Assembly (NCBI GenBank): GCA_025594325.1
Contig: JANHCV010000008.1
Span: 868,001-932,000, forward strand
Direction: 5' to 3'
From: Blastocladiella emersonii ATCC 22665
Taxonomy: Eukaryota; Fungi; Blastocladiomycota
Length of the DNA: 64,000 nucleotides
Below the pieces are notes generated by a model, which saw only the letters and a list, made by a program, of their open reading frames with translations, was not told where the DNA came from and did not search any database. The position numbers and the translations under genes were made by a program. Shown here one piece after another: positions 23,400 to 33,012 of this stretch (its first letter is position 1; each line of letters opens with the position of its first letter).

Positions 23400-23751
23400 G
23401 CATACATATTCGCGGTTCTGCACGACAGAGCCCATTAGGTGTGTTCACCGAGCATTCAGCGTGGTCTTCTGTCTGGATCTGACGCTGAGGACAAGCGTTC
23501 TCTGTGGTGTGCGGGCGCGCCCCGGCCGGGTTCGGCCTGGCGCCGAGGCCGTTTGATGCCGTGAATACAACGACTGTTGTACACGCTTAGATTTCAGGGC
23601 ACCGCGGCTCATCCGCCTCAGCGCACGTCGCGTCTCGCGCCTCGTCTCCAGCATATCACATGATGTGGCGCTGGGGCAGAGCGGGGTTGGTTCGCACGCT
23701 CCCAAGCTCCAACGCAGCACTCTCTTACGCACTCCATCGATGCTAAATCCA

Positions 23752-24849
23752 ATGAAAACTCCATGTAATGATGATGGGCAACCAGCTTTATTGGCTGCTT
23801 GGCCTGATCCGCACGCCGTTGTTGCAACGTTTGTCCGAGCTCGCTTGGTCATGTCTGACCAGGCCCAGAAAGGCCGGCTCTTGCAAGCTATTATGTTATG
23901 CTCAATGGATCTTCGCGTAAAACAGATTCGCACAGCATCAGCAGAGCATATCGGTCTGGAAGCGTGCCCAGCCGAGACTGGTGGCGCTGAGCAGGAGGGG
24001 CGCGTTGGGTCGGTTTTGTTACACGAGCTCAATGCGCTCCGCCTCTTGATCGAGTCCCCGACGCTCAAAGCGCTTGCGGATGCCATATCTACCGATTCGA
24101 CTGTGTGCGAGCAGGCTCCTTCCCATGATGGTCAAGTTCTCACACAACCTCACTCATTGCATTGCGTGGAATCTCTGCCACCAAATGCTTTACTCGATAC
24201 ACGTCACCCCCGCGACACTTCGACTCAGCATCCGCTTTGGACACCATCGTCTTCTTCAGACACGCGCTCACGCACTCGTTCGCCTCCGCGATCCGCAGAA
24301 TCGCCGCGCCACTGATCGCGCTCACGCTTGCGGCCGCGATCCCGTTCCAGTCAGCCTTTTAGCGAGCTCTCGATTTCATGTACGAATAACATCCGGTCGC
24401 CGTCCCTTTCGCACTCCGACTTTCGTGCCATGTTCCAACGAGTTCGCGACTCCAGGGTCCAGCTTGTGACTCGCGCCGTACAGCGCGCAGAGCGGATCAC
24501 CGAGGGGCAAGCGTTCCTTCGGCGGCTTCGGAACGTCGCTGCGGGAGTCCCGCTCGCCCATCTCCTCTCAGCCGCCTACCAGAGCGTACCGCGGACATTA
24601 TACCACGTCTACGGCGTGTTTCTCCGCCAGACTATGTCTGACGCCAACGCCGAACGCGTTTTCTTGGAAGCCGCTGACCCACACATTCGGACCGATTGGC
24701 AGTGCCGCTGGCTCACGCTCTTACCCAAGCCAAACGAGCCGATCGCCACTCACTACGCCAAGTTCTGCGCTCTGCTTGCCGAGGTCGTGTCGGTCAATCT
24801 TGTGCTCAAACTTGATCAAAACATTAAGCAGCTCTTTGCGACGTCACTC
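23752..24849 (+). pseudogene. Gag-derived member 11, 5' half, split by the Gypsy insertion
   Basis: MKTPCN...MLCSMDLRVKQIR...core...IKQLFATSL; reads on in frame at 36947 as YFGLGYNP once the element and one TSD copy are removed. Confidence 0.9.
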
Positions 24850-25045
24850 TGAAGGCCCAGGGGACCGAGACTAGGAACGGCTCCATATAAGACTCGGTGT
24901 ATACTTCCGCCGTTAGGCTTCCCTGAGCAAATGGGGAGCGCGAGGGCAAATCGGAACAACAGCGAGGGGCGGGAGCGGCGGTGCCGCTGCACGCACTGTG
25001 CGTGTTGATTGAGGTCACTTGGCATCACCTGATCTGGTCGCAACA
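24850..25045 (-). repeat. 3' LTR (196 bp)
   Basis: Matches 31160-31225 joined to 36812-36941, with 5 substitutions by eye. Confidence 0.95.
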
Positions 25046-25057
25046 TCACCCCCCTCC
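25046..25057 (-). other. Polypurine tract
   Basis: GGAGGGGGGTGA directly before the TG of the 3' LTR. Confidence 0.85.
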
Positions 25058-25504
25058 AGCTTCGGCGTACCCGCTGCAGTGTGCTAGTCGGAGCGAAGAT
25101 CAGGCGAGTGGGTTGGTGACAGTGAGTGACCGGGTGCGGCGAGGGTGGTGGCTCAGCCGGCCGTGGCGCCGCCCGTGGCGCAGCCATGTTTCGTCCAGGG
25201 CCTTGGCCCGCTCCGTTCCGACCGCTCGCAGTGCGGGCGGGGACCGTCCCGCGTGCATGACGCGTTGCCGATGATCAGCGCACCGCTTGTCGCGGGTTGA
25301 GGTGTGCGTGCAGCACGTAGATCTTCAGGTTGCACTTGGCCAATGTCAGAGTGTGCGCATAGCATGGAGAGTTTGGGATTGCACTTGGCAAGTGGGGAGG
25401 GGAGCTCACTACGCTTGGCAGGAGATTCGGAGGCGAGGTGCACGTAGCAAAGAAGAGGGTAAATTCTGTACATCATGATACGTAATCCGCGCGCGGTGCC
25501 GTGG

Positions 25505-25837
25505 CTACCGCCGCTTCTTGGCCGGCGCCTTCTTCTGGTACTGCGCCGCCGAGGGGGCCGCAGCGCGTGCTGGTTGACGCCGCCCGCGCTGGCGCGGCCG
25601 CGGAGCTCCGGTTTCCCCCTGGGGCTCGCGCGTCTCGCGCGCGGCCTGCGCGCGCTGGTTCCAGTACGTCTTGATCGCCCCGCTGGTATCAAAATCGGTC
25701 GAGGGCTCCCACGAGTCTTCCAGCTTTGGGCTGGTCCACTTGACACGGTACTCGAGCACCGTACCGACGTAGCGATGGTTGAGGATCCGGCGGACCGCAA
25801 AGGACTGCTCCGTGATTGCCTCGCCCACCTCGATTAG
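25505..25837 (-). CDS. Integrase chromodomain tail, in frame after a TGA
   Basis: FAVRRILNHRYVGTVLEYRVKWTSPKLEDSWEPSTDF...YWN; same frame as pol. Confidence 0.85.
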   Translation of the reverse strand, partial: LIEVGEAITEQSFAVRRILNHRYVGTVLEYRVKWTSPKLEDSWEPSTDFDTSGAIKTYWNQRAQAARETREPQGETGAPRPRQRGRRQPARAAAPSAAQYQKKAPAKKRR

Positions 25838-28800
25838 TCAGAGGTAGTTCACGGGCACCTTCTCAACCAGCATGCCGGTCGCGTCGAGCAGCGTGTAGGC
25901 GCCGCCGCGGTTGCGCCGCACTACGCGGTACAGCCCCTCGAACCGCGGATCAGCCAATGAGGAACGGTCCGTGGTCAGGCACATGACCGTGGCGCCCGCG
26001 GGGAAGTCAAGCTCCTCGATCTTGTGGCGTTTGCAGAACGCCTCGAATGCTCGGGCAGCCAGCTTGGACGTGCGCTGCGCCATGGCGGGGAACACCACGT
26101 TGCGCATCAGGCCGAGTCGTGCCTGCTGCTTGACCTCGGTGAGTGGCCGCAGGGGCTTCTGCTCTGAGTAGTTGGCGAGCGGGTTCGACGGCCGCGCGAA
26201 CATGAGCGAGAACGGGGTCAACGAGTGGCGAGAGTGCGTCGAGTTGTTGTACACGAACTGGGCCATGGGGAGCGTCGACGGCCATGCCGCCAAGTTGCCC
26301 TTGATCGTCACGAGCAGCTTGGTTTTGATGGTGCGCACCAGTCGCTCAGCTGCACCGTTGCCCTGCGGGTGGTACGGCGAGATGAACCAGTGGTTGATGC
26401 CCGCCAGGCGCGTGAACTCGGCGAGGAGGTGGTTGGCAAACTCAGGACCATTGTCGGACTGGATGACGCGCGGGAACCCGTAGCCGAGGAAGATGTGCCA
26501 CAGGGCCTGCGCGATGTCGCTCGCCGTGATCGACTTGAGGGGCACGAGCCACGCGTAGCGCGTCGCGACGTCGATCACAAGGAGGATCTTGGAGAACCCG
26601 TTGGGCGACAGCGGCATGGTGGCGCAATTGATGGCAATGTGGTCGAGCGGGAACTCGGCCTTGACCAAGCGGGCCGGATGGAAACCGTGCGCCGCGATAG
26701 AGAAACGCTGGCAGTCCATGCAGTTGCGGGTGAGCTGGCGGCAGTCGCCAATGAGGCCAGGCCAGTTGTGGCCGTGCGCGTGCAGGTAGTTGCGCATGCC
26801 GGTCGCGCCCTGGTGGCACGCCGCGTGCGCCTGCTCAAGTAGGCCGGCGCGCTCGCCCTTGGGCGTCTCCTTGTCGGGCACGAGCTCGGCAGGATTGACG
26901 GCCACGACTGGACTCGCAGTGGTGGCAGCCTCCGCGGCACGCGCCTTGGCTGCCCGCGTCATCGCGGCCATGACTGCGTGGGTCGCAATCGCTTTCGCTA
27001 CGGCCTGGCGCGGCGGGCGCGACTGGAACACGAGATGGGCCGCGTGCTGCGGTTCGCTCCCATTGGTGCCGCCCTGCGGCAGGGTTGGGCGGAGCGGGTA
27101 CTTGCCTTTGGTGCACTCGTCGGCGCGGTACAGGTCCTGGAGCGTGGCGTGCGCGACGAACACACCATCCCGCACCTCACCCCCCTCCAGGTCGTTGGTC
27201 GGCCGAAAATTTTCGCGGGATGGAGTGGAGGATGAGGACGCAGGCTCGACGTCGCCCGCGTAGCCAAGCGCGTGCAGCCGCGAGAGGCAGTCGGGCATGG
27301 CGTTGCGGATGCCGGGGATGTACGCGATCTCGAAGTCGAGCGAGGTGAGGGTGTCGAGCCAGTTGGTGTAGATCGGCGGGAGCGCCTTCTGGGTGAGGAG
27401 GAACTGCAGCGCCTGGTGGTCCGTGAACAACGTGAAGCGACGGCCGGCAACGTAGTAGTAGAGGCGGGTCATGGCGAACACAATGCCGAGGAGCTCACGC
27501 TTGGTCGCCAAGTAGTTGCGCTTGGCCGCACGCAGCGCACGCGACGCGAACACGATGTAGCGCGGGTTCTTGGGCGAGCCCTGGAATAGCACAGCGCCGA
27601 GACCCGAGGCCAACGCGTTCGTGGCCACAAAGAACGGCTGCGAGAAGTTGGGCTTAGCGAGGCACGGCGCGTTCTCGACGGCGAGCTTGAGCGCGTCGAA
27701 GGCCTTCTGGCACGCTGGCGTCCACACCGCTGGGTTACGGGTGTCAATCACTGGCGTGTTGCGCAGCGCGTTGAGCGGCTCCATGATGGTCGCGGCGAGC
27801 GGGATGTAGGGGCGCAGGTAGTTGACAAGACCAAGGAACTGCTGCACCTGCTTGCCCGTGGTGGGGATGGACCAGTTGCGGATCTGCACAACCTTGGCCG
27901 GCGCCGGGCGCACGCCCTTGGCGGACACGACGTGGCCCAGCAGGTGCACGCGCTGGTAGAAGAAGTGGCACTTGCGCGGCTGCAGGCGGAGACCAAACTC
28001 GGTGAGCCGCTCCAGCGCCATGGCGACGTGGCGGCCGTGCTCCTCGACCATGTTTGAGAAGATGACAATGTCGTCAACGAACACGCGCACAAACGGCATG
28101 TCCTTGAAGATGTCAGTCATGACGGCCTGGAAGTGCGAGGACAGCGTCTTGAGGCCGAACGGCCCGCGGCGGAACTGGTACTGGATGTTCTCCCATGTGA
28201 ACGTGAGGATGTGGCTATCTTCGGGCGCGACCATGAACTGGTGGAACGACGCGCACAGGTCGAGCGTCGAGTAGACGAAAGCGCCCGCGACGATCTCAAA
28301 GATGGCGTCAATGAGCGGGATCGGGCGCTTGTCAGGCTCAAGCACCTCGTTGACGTGGCGCAGGTCGAGGCAGATGCGCAGGCCGGTGACCTTGCCGTCA
28401 ACGTCCTGCTTCTCAACGCTCAGGAGCGAGCTGTTCCAGTCGGACTTGCGGACGCAGCGTTCAATGACGCCGTGGCGGAGCCAGTCGGTGACAGCCTCGC
28501 CAAACGCCTGCAGGTTGGCCTGCGGTACGCGATACTGCGCGTGGTACTGGCGGTACTTGTCGGGGTTCTTGGCGAGTGACATGTTGATCTTGACGTGGAT
28601 CACCAAGTCCGGGTGTTTGCAGAAGGACTCAGGCAAGAGCGCCGCGTTGGCAGCAAGCGCATCTCGCATCCGCTGCGGCCAGTGCTCGGGCGGGACAAGC
28701 GGCTTGTCGTCCTTGGAGATGGGCGGGTCGCGCTTGTTGTTGGGCGCGGGCACCAACTTGTATGCGGGATCCGACGGGATGACGCCGCCAATGTAGATGC

Positions 28801-31072
28801 CGATCTGCGAGAGCACGTCGCGGCCGAGCAGCGGCACCTGGTTCGGGCTGTGCATGACGCGGAACTTGTGCGCGAGCTTGCGCTGGTTGGCGGACATGAC
28901 GCAGTCGAGGTGACCAATGCGCACGACCGCGCCGCCAATGCCCGTGATGGTCTTGTGCGCGCCGTAGACGTGCGGTGCGAGATGCTGCAGCGCCGAGTAT
29001 GGGAGGATTGAGACGTCGGCGCCTGTATTGATCATGGCGGAGATGACAAGCGGCGCCCCATTGGGACTCTTTTGCGAGACAAGAGAGATTGGGATCATGG
29101 GTTTTTCGTTTATTTTGGCGGAGGAATCTGCTACGTAGCAGGCAAAAGAGGGAACCGTGGGACACGACTCAACCTTGGTCAACTCGAGCTCCATCTGGTA
29201 GTTGTTGGCTGTGGCCATGACTTGGTCGCTACGCAAACACGAGGCGAGGATGGAATCACCCTGCGCGGAGGCAGTGGTGAGTGAACCGTGGTTTCCACAA
29301 GCGAGAGGATGGCTGCATAGGCCCAAGGGATCCGTTGGATCAAGAAGAGAAGGCGTACCCATATGCGGTCGGTTTGACAGCGCACCCGCGTGAGGTGCGC
29401 CGGCCAAGAAGAGGGTCTGCGGCACCAGCTGGACGCACTGCAGGTAGAGCACAATGACCCGCGTTGGCAGGGCCATGATGGCGGCGAGGAACTGGGTGGC
29501 GAGCGTGGCCATGTTGCCCTCGTCCTGCATCATGTCAAGCAGCTTGCCGATGAACTCCATGGCGGTCTGGTTGTCCTTGATCTCGGGCTGCACCAGCGGC
29601 GGGTGGCCCCGCAGCGTCGCGTACTTGATGGCCATGCGGATTGTGGACACGGCGAACTTGGGGCCGGGCAGCGTGAGGTTGTGGCAGTAACGCAGGGAGT
29701 GCGAGCGGGCGGTCTTGCCGTGGATTGACGTGGGAGCTGCGTAGCAGTACGCGCACGGCGTCCCCTCCATCTGCGTCTCGCACCCCTCGTTGACCAGTAG
29801 GCGCGACATTGAGGCAAGGAACTTGCGGACCTTGATGCCCGGGCGGTTGGGCAACTGCTGCTGCTGCTGCGGGTGCTGGTACGCGAACTGCTGCGGTGGC
29901 ATCTGCTGCTGCGGGAACAGCACGAACCCGCCAACCTGCGCCTGCTGCGGGAAATACTGCTGCTGCATGATGGGGACCGCGTACGGCATGGGCTGCTGAT
30001 AGTAGACCTGGCCGCCCTGCATCGGCAGCATCTCGGCCGAGTTGACCTGGAACGACTGCGGCGGCGCCTGCACCATGGGCGGCGGGGCCAAGCCATTTGG
30101 GCGGCCGTACGGCACAAACAGGTTCTGGTTCTTGTTGGGGCGCAGGCGCGGGGCGCCTTGGTGGTGGTTGCCGCTGCCACTGCCCCCCGAGGGGACCGTC
30201 ACGGCCTGCGGCTTGGCGGGCAGGTTGTTGTTGGACTGCTTCTTAGCCATGGCGGGGATTGAGAGGGTGTGGGACGCCACCTCCTTGATCATGTCCTTGA
30301 ACACCGTGTGCTGGTCGCCTGCCATGCGGTTGATCTTGACAAGGTCCTCATTGTGCAGGCCGAGCAGCTTGTGCACAAACATGGTCTTGATGAGGGGCTG
30401 GTTTCTGAGCACGGCCCAGTTGTTGTTGGCCGAGAGCGCGGCCACGAAGCGGTCGGCGGCGGCCTGGACCGTCTCGCGGTTGTACACCAGAATGTCAATG
30501 ATGGGCTGGTGGTGGATGTGGTAGTTGGGCGACTGCGTGGCGCGGAAGAACAGGTCCGTGGCGGCCTCGGTCGACATGCCCGGCTTGAGGCCCTTGTTGA
30601 TGCGGTTCCAGACCTTGGGCGAGAACAGTGACTGCAGGTGCGGGAGCGCTGCGGCGAAGGACAGGTACGACGCCTTGGACTTGACCGTCTCGAGCCACAC
30701 CTGGGGGTCACGGTGGGTGTCGGGGCGGTCCTCGATGCCATACGTTGGCAGGTTGGGGAGCATGCGCTTGAGGGCCTTGATCGACAATGACAACAGCGTC
30801 AGGGCGTCGTGACCCTTGAGGCGGTCCTTGGCGTGCTTGAGGACGCGCTTGTACATCTCGTTGTCGTTGGTCAGCTTGTTGAGCTCCTTCTTGAGGGTGA
30901 TCTTCTCCTTGGGCGTTGTTTCCGGGCGCAGCGCCTTGGCCTGGTTCTGCACGATCTCGTCGGCAATGAACATGAGCTTGTTGCCGAGCGCCAAAATCAG
31001 CTCCTCAAGCTCGAGGTACGCGGTTGGCAGCTTGGTGGTCGCGAGGTACGTCTTGAGGGGGTCGTTGGACAT
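25838..31072 (-). CDS. Gag-Pol polyprotein (single frame; several catalytic residues mutated)
   Basis: PR MINTGADVS; RT LRICLDLRHVN, FHQF, PFGLKT, FVDDIVIFS; RH VATNALASGLGAVL, FTLFTDHQAL; IN H-H-C-C, IQSDNGPEF, YHPQGNGAAER, FEGLYRV. Confidence 0.95.
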   Translation of the reverse strand: MSNDPLKTYLATTKLPTAYLELEELILALGNKLMFIADEIVQNQAKALRPETTPKEKITLKKELNKLTNDNEMYKRVLKHAKDRLKGHDALTLLSLSIKALKRMLPNLPTYGIEDRPDTHRDPQVWLETVKSKASYLSFAAALPHLQSLFSPKVWNRINKGLKPGMSTEAATDLFFRATQSPNYHIHHQPIIDILVYNRETVQAAADRFVAALSANNNWAVLRNQPLIKTMFVHKLLGLHNEDLVKINRMAGDQHTVFKDMIKEVASHTLSIPAMAKKQSNNNLPAKPQAVTVPSGGSGSGNHHQGAPRLRPNKNQNLFVPYGRPNGLAPPPMVQAPPQSFQVNSAEMLPMQGGQVYYQQPMPYAVPIMQQQYFPQQAQVGGFVLFPQQQMPPQQFAYQHPQQQQQLPNRPGIKVRKFLASMSRLLVNEGCETQMEGTPCAYCYAAPTSIHGKTARSHSLRYCHNLTLPGPKFAVSTIRMAIKYATLRGHPPLVQPEIKDNQTAMEFIGKLLDMMQDEGNMATLATQFLAAIMALPTRVIVLYLQCVQLVPQTLFLAGAPHAGALSNRPHMGTPSLLDPTDPLGLCSHPLACGNHGSLTTASAQGDSILASCLRSDQVMATANNYQMELELTKVESCPTVPSFACYVADSSAKINEKPMIPISLVSQKSPNGAPLVISAMINTGADVSILPYSALQHLAPHVYGAHKTITGIGGAVVRIGHLDCVMSANQRKLAHKFRVMHSPNQVPLLGRDVLSQIGIYIGGVIPSDPAYKLVPAPNNKRDPPISKDDKPLVPPEHWPQRMRDALAANAALLPESFCKHPDLVIHVKINMSLAKNPDKYRQYHAQYRVPQANLQAFGEAVTDWLRHGVIERCVRKSDWNSSLLSVEKQDVDGKVTGLRICLDLRHVNEVLEPDKRPIPLIDAIFEIVAGAFVYSTLDLCASFHQFMVAPEDSHILTFTWENIQYQFRRGPFGLKTLSSHFQAVMTDIFKDMPFVRVFVDDIVIFSNMVEEHGRHVAMALERLTEFGLRLQPRKCHFFYQRVHLLGHVVSAKGVRPAPAKVVQIRNWSIPTTGKQVQQFLGLVNYLRPYIPLAATIMEPLNALRNTPVIDTRNPAVWTPACQKAFDALKLAVENAPCLAKPNFSQPFFVATNALASGLGAVLFQGSPKNPRYIVFASRALRAAKRNYLATKRELLGIVFAMTRLYYYVAGRRFTLFTDHQALQFLLTQKALPPIYTNWLDTLTSLDFEIAYIPGIRNAMPDCLSRLHALGYAGDVEPASSSSTPSRENFRPTNDLEGGEVRDGVFVAHATLQDLYRADECTKGKYPLRPTLPQGGTNGSEPQHAAHLVFQSRPPRQAVAKAIATHAVMAAMTRAAKARAAEAATTASPVVAVNPAELVPDKETPKGERAGLLEQAHAACHQGATGMRNYLHAHGHNWPGLIGDCRQLTRNCMDCQRFSIAAHGFHPARLVKAEFPLDHIAINCATMPLSPNGFSKILLVIDVATRYAWLVPLKSITASDIAQALWHIFLGYGFPRVIQSDNGPEFANHLLAEFTRLAGINHWFISPYHPQGNGAAERLVRTIKTKLLVTIKGNLAAWPSTLPMAQFVYNNSTHSRHSLTPFSLMFARPSNPLANYSEQKPLRPLTEVKQQARLGLMRNVVFPAMAQRTSKLAARAFEAFCKRHKIEELDFPAGATVMCLTTDRSSLADPRFEGLYRVVRRNRGGAYTLLDATGMLVEKVPVNYL

Positions 31073-31140
31073 GGTGTGGTGGTGCCAAGGTTGAGCGCAA
31101 GCGAGAGAGAGAGTGTGTGTGTGTTTGCTCGGGAAGGCAG

Positions 31141-31159
31141 GGAGGTCTATACGGAAAAA
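31141..31159 (-). other. Candidate self-priming PBS
   Basis: No TGG tRNA-type PBS. TTTTTCCGTATAGAC follows the LTR and can pair with GTCTTATACGGA in the LTR (one bulge). Confidence 0.5.
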
Positions 31160-31225
31160 TGAAGGCCCAGGGGACCGAGACTAGGAACGGCTCCGTATAA
31201 GACTCGGTGTATACTTCCGCCGTTA
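31160..31225 (-). repeat. 5' LTR, element-internal 66 bp
   Basis: Matches 24850-24915 (one substitution); ends at the TA target of the Tc1. Confidence 0.95.
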
Positions 31226-31525
31226 CAGCCATTTTCAGAAGAGACAGGACTGGAGCAAAGCAAGCCGCAAGGCTTGCAAGCGCAACAGCAAGCGCGTGCT
31301 TGCGGCTTGCGCACAGGGCCGACGCAACTTGCAAGCAAGGGTTTGCGCGCTGCAGAGCGTGGGAAGGGTTCGGAAAAATAAGGTCAGCAGGGTCGCTCCC
31401 TGGCTCACAGCGCGCGGAGGGAGCGGCTCCGACTCGGGCCTCTCCTCTCTCGTCACCTCTCCCCCCCTCTTTGACTCTCCCCTCTCCCCCCTCCCCGACC
31501 GCGACTCGCCAAAACAACCTGCACC

Positions 31526-32700
31526 ATGAATCAACCCATAAAAAAAACATACAGTCCCGAGCTCAAAAAGTTGTGTGTGAAAGCGGTCATTGAGAAGGGC
31601 ATGTCCATCAAGGAGGCCTGCCACTACTATGAGGTCACGCGTTCGCCGGTCTACGCGTGGATCGCCGAGTACCGCGCAAGCGGCGCCATCATCGCCAAGA
31701 AGCGCACGGGTCGCACGCGCACGCTCACCGCTGAGGACGAAGCAGTGCGTTTGCCTTGGGGCCGGCTCGCACGGGTCCCGGTTCGCTTAACACGAGTCGC
31801 GATGTTGTCTTGTAGGCTCTCGTAGGCATTTACGAGGAGCAGCCCATGAACTACCTCCGCAAGGCGGCGCTTGCGCTTGCCGAGCTGACAGAGAAGGTGG
31901 TCTTGGTCACAACGGTATGGCGCGCCCTTGATCAGAACAACATCACGTATAAGAAGGTAACCGTATTGCCCTCGCGATGGGTCTGCCTGCAAGCAGCCAG
32001 TACTCACGCAACCCCTCGTGCGAGTAGGCCAAGTACCGCCACCCAAAGCGCGACGAGGATGCCCAACTCATCTGGCGCCTACTCTTCGACCGCCGCTTCA
32101 AGGCGAACCAGTGCGTGTTCACTGACGAGACGGGCGTTGACGCCGAGGCCGCGCGGCGGCGGTGCGGGTGGGCGCGCAGTGGTGTAGATCTTGAGACTAC
32201 CGCGCATCCAGGCACGGTGCGGCGCCACTACAACTTCGTCGCCTCAATTGACATTGACGGGTTCCTGACGTGCTCCGAGACCAAGACGTCCGTCAACCGC
32301 ATCATGTTCTGGGATATTGTGCGCACCACGATTGTACGTTCCCGTTTGTGCCGCCACGCGCGCAAGTAGCTCACCGCTGCGCATGTAGGCCCCAATGATG
32401 AACCGGTTCCCTGGCCCGCGGTCCGTGCTCGTGCTCGACAACGCGTCGATCCACAAGTCGCCCGAAAATATCGAGCGGATCGAGCAGGACTTTGGGATCG
32501 TCGTCGTGTTCCTCCCGCCCTACTCGCCCGACTTCAACCCTATTGAAGAGGCTTTCGGTATCTTCAAGAACGGCCTCCGCCGTGAGCCCTTGGTCGGGCC
32601 GGCTCGCGACGCAGGGGACCTGCTCTCCGCTCGCCTCCTTGGGTGTGTGAGCCCTGATGTCGCGCGCAAGCTCTACTGGAAGGCTGGACTTGAGTCGTAA
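31526..32700 (+). CDS. DD35E transposase, 4 exons
   Basis: HTH MSIKEACHYYEVTRSPVYAW; VFTDETG; VLDNASIH; LPPYSPDFNPIEE. Phase-0 GT-AG introns 31745-31815, 31957-32027 and 32334-32388 give a continuous frame. Confidence 0.9.
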
Positions 32701-33012
32701 CCTCCTTGCCTTCGATATACGATGTCTCTTCCGCGATCTATTCTACCTTGACTCTCTCCGCTCGCTCGCCCGGGTCGCCGATTTGGACGACGAAAGCTGA
32801 TCAAAGTCGCGTCACATGATATCGAAACGCGTCTCGTCTGGTGCGAGACACACTGACATTGAGGTCGAACCACCCCGGGACGGAAGCAAGGATATGAAAA
32901 CAGGATATTGAATACAACCAGCAAAGCGATCGACGGAAACGCGGAACAAAAACGCGGCAAACAGCGAATCGAACTGGATCCGCGCAACAACAAACCAAAC
33001 TCGCCTGCACCT

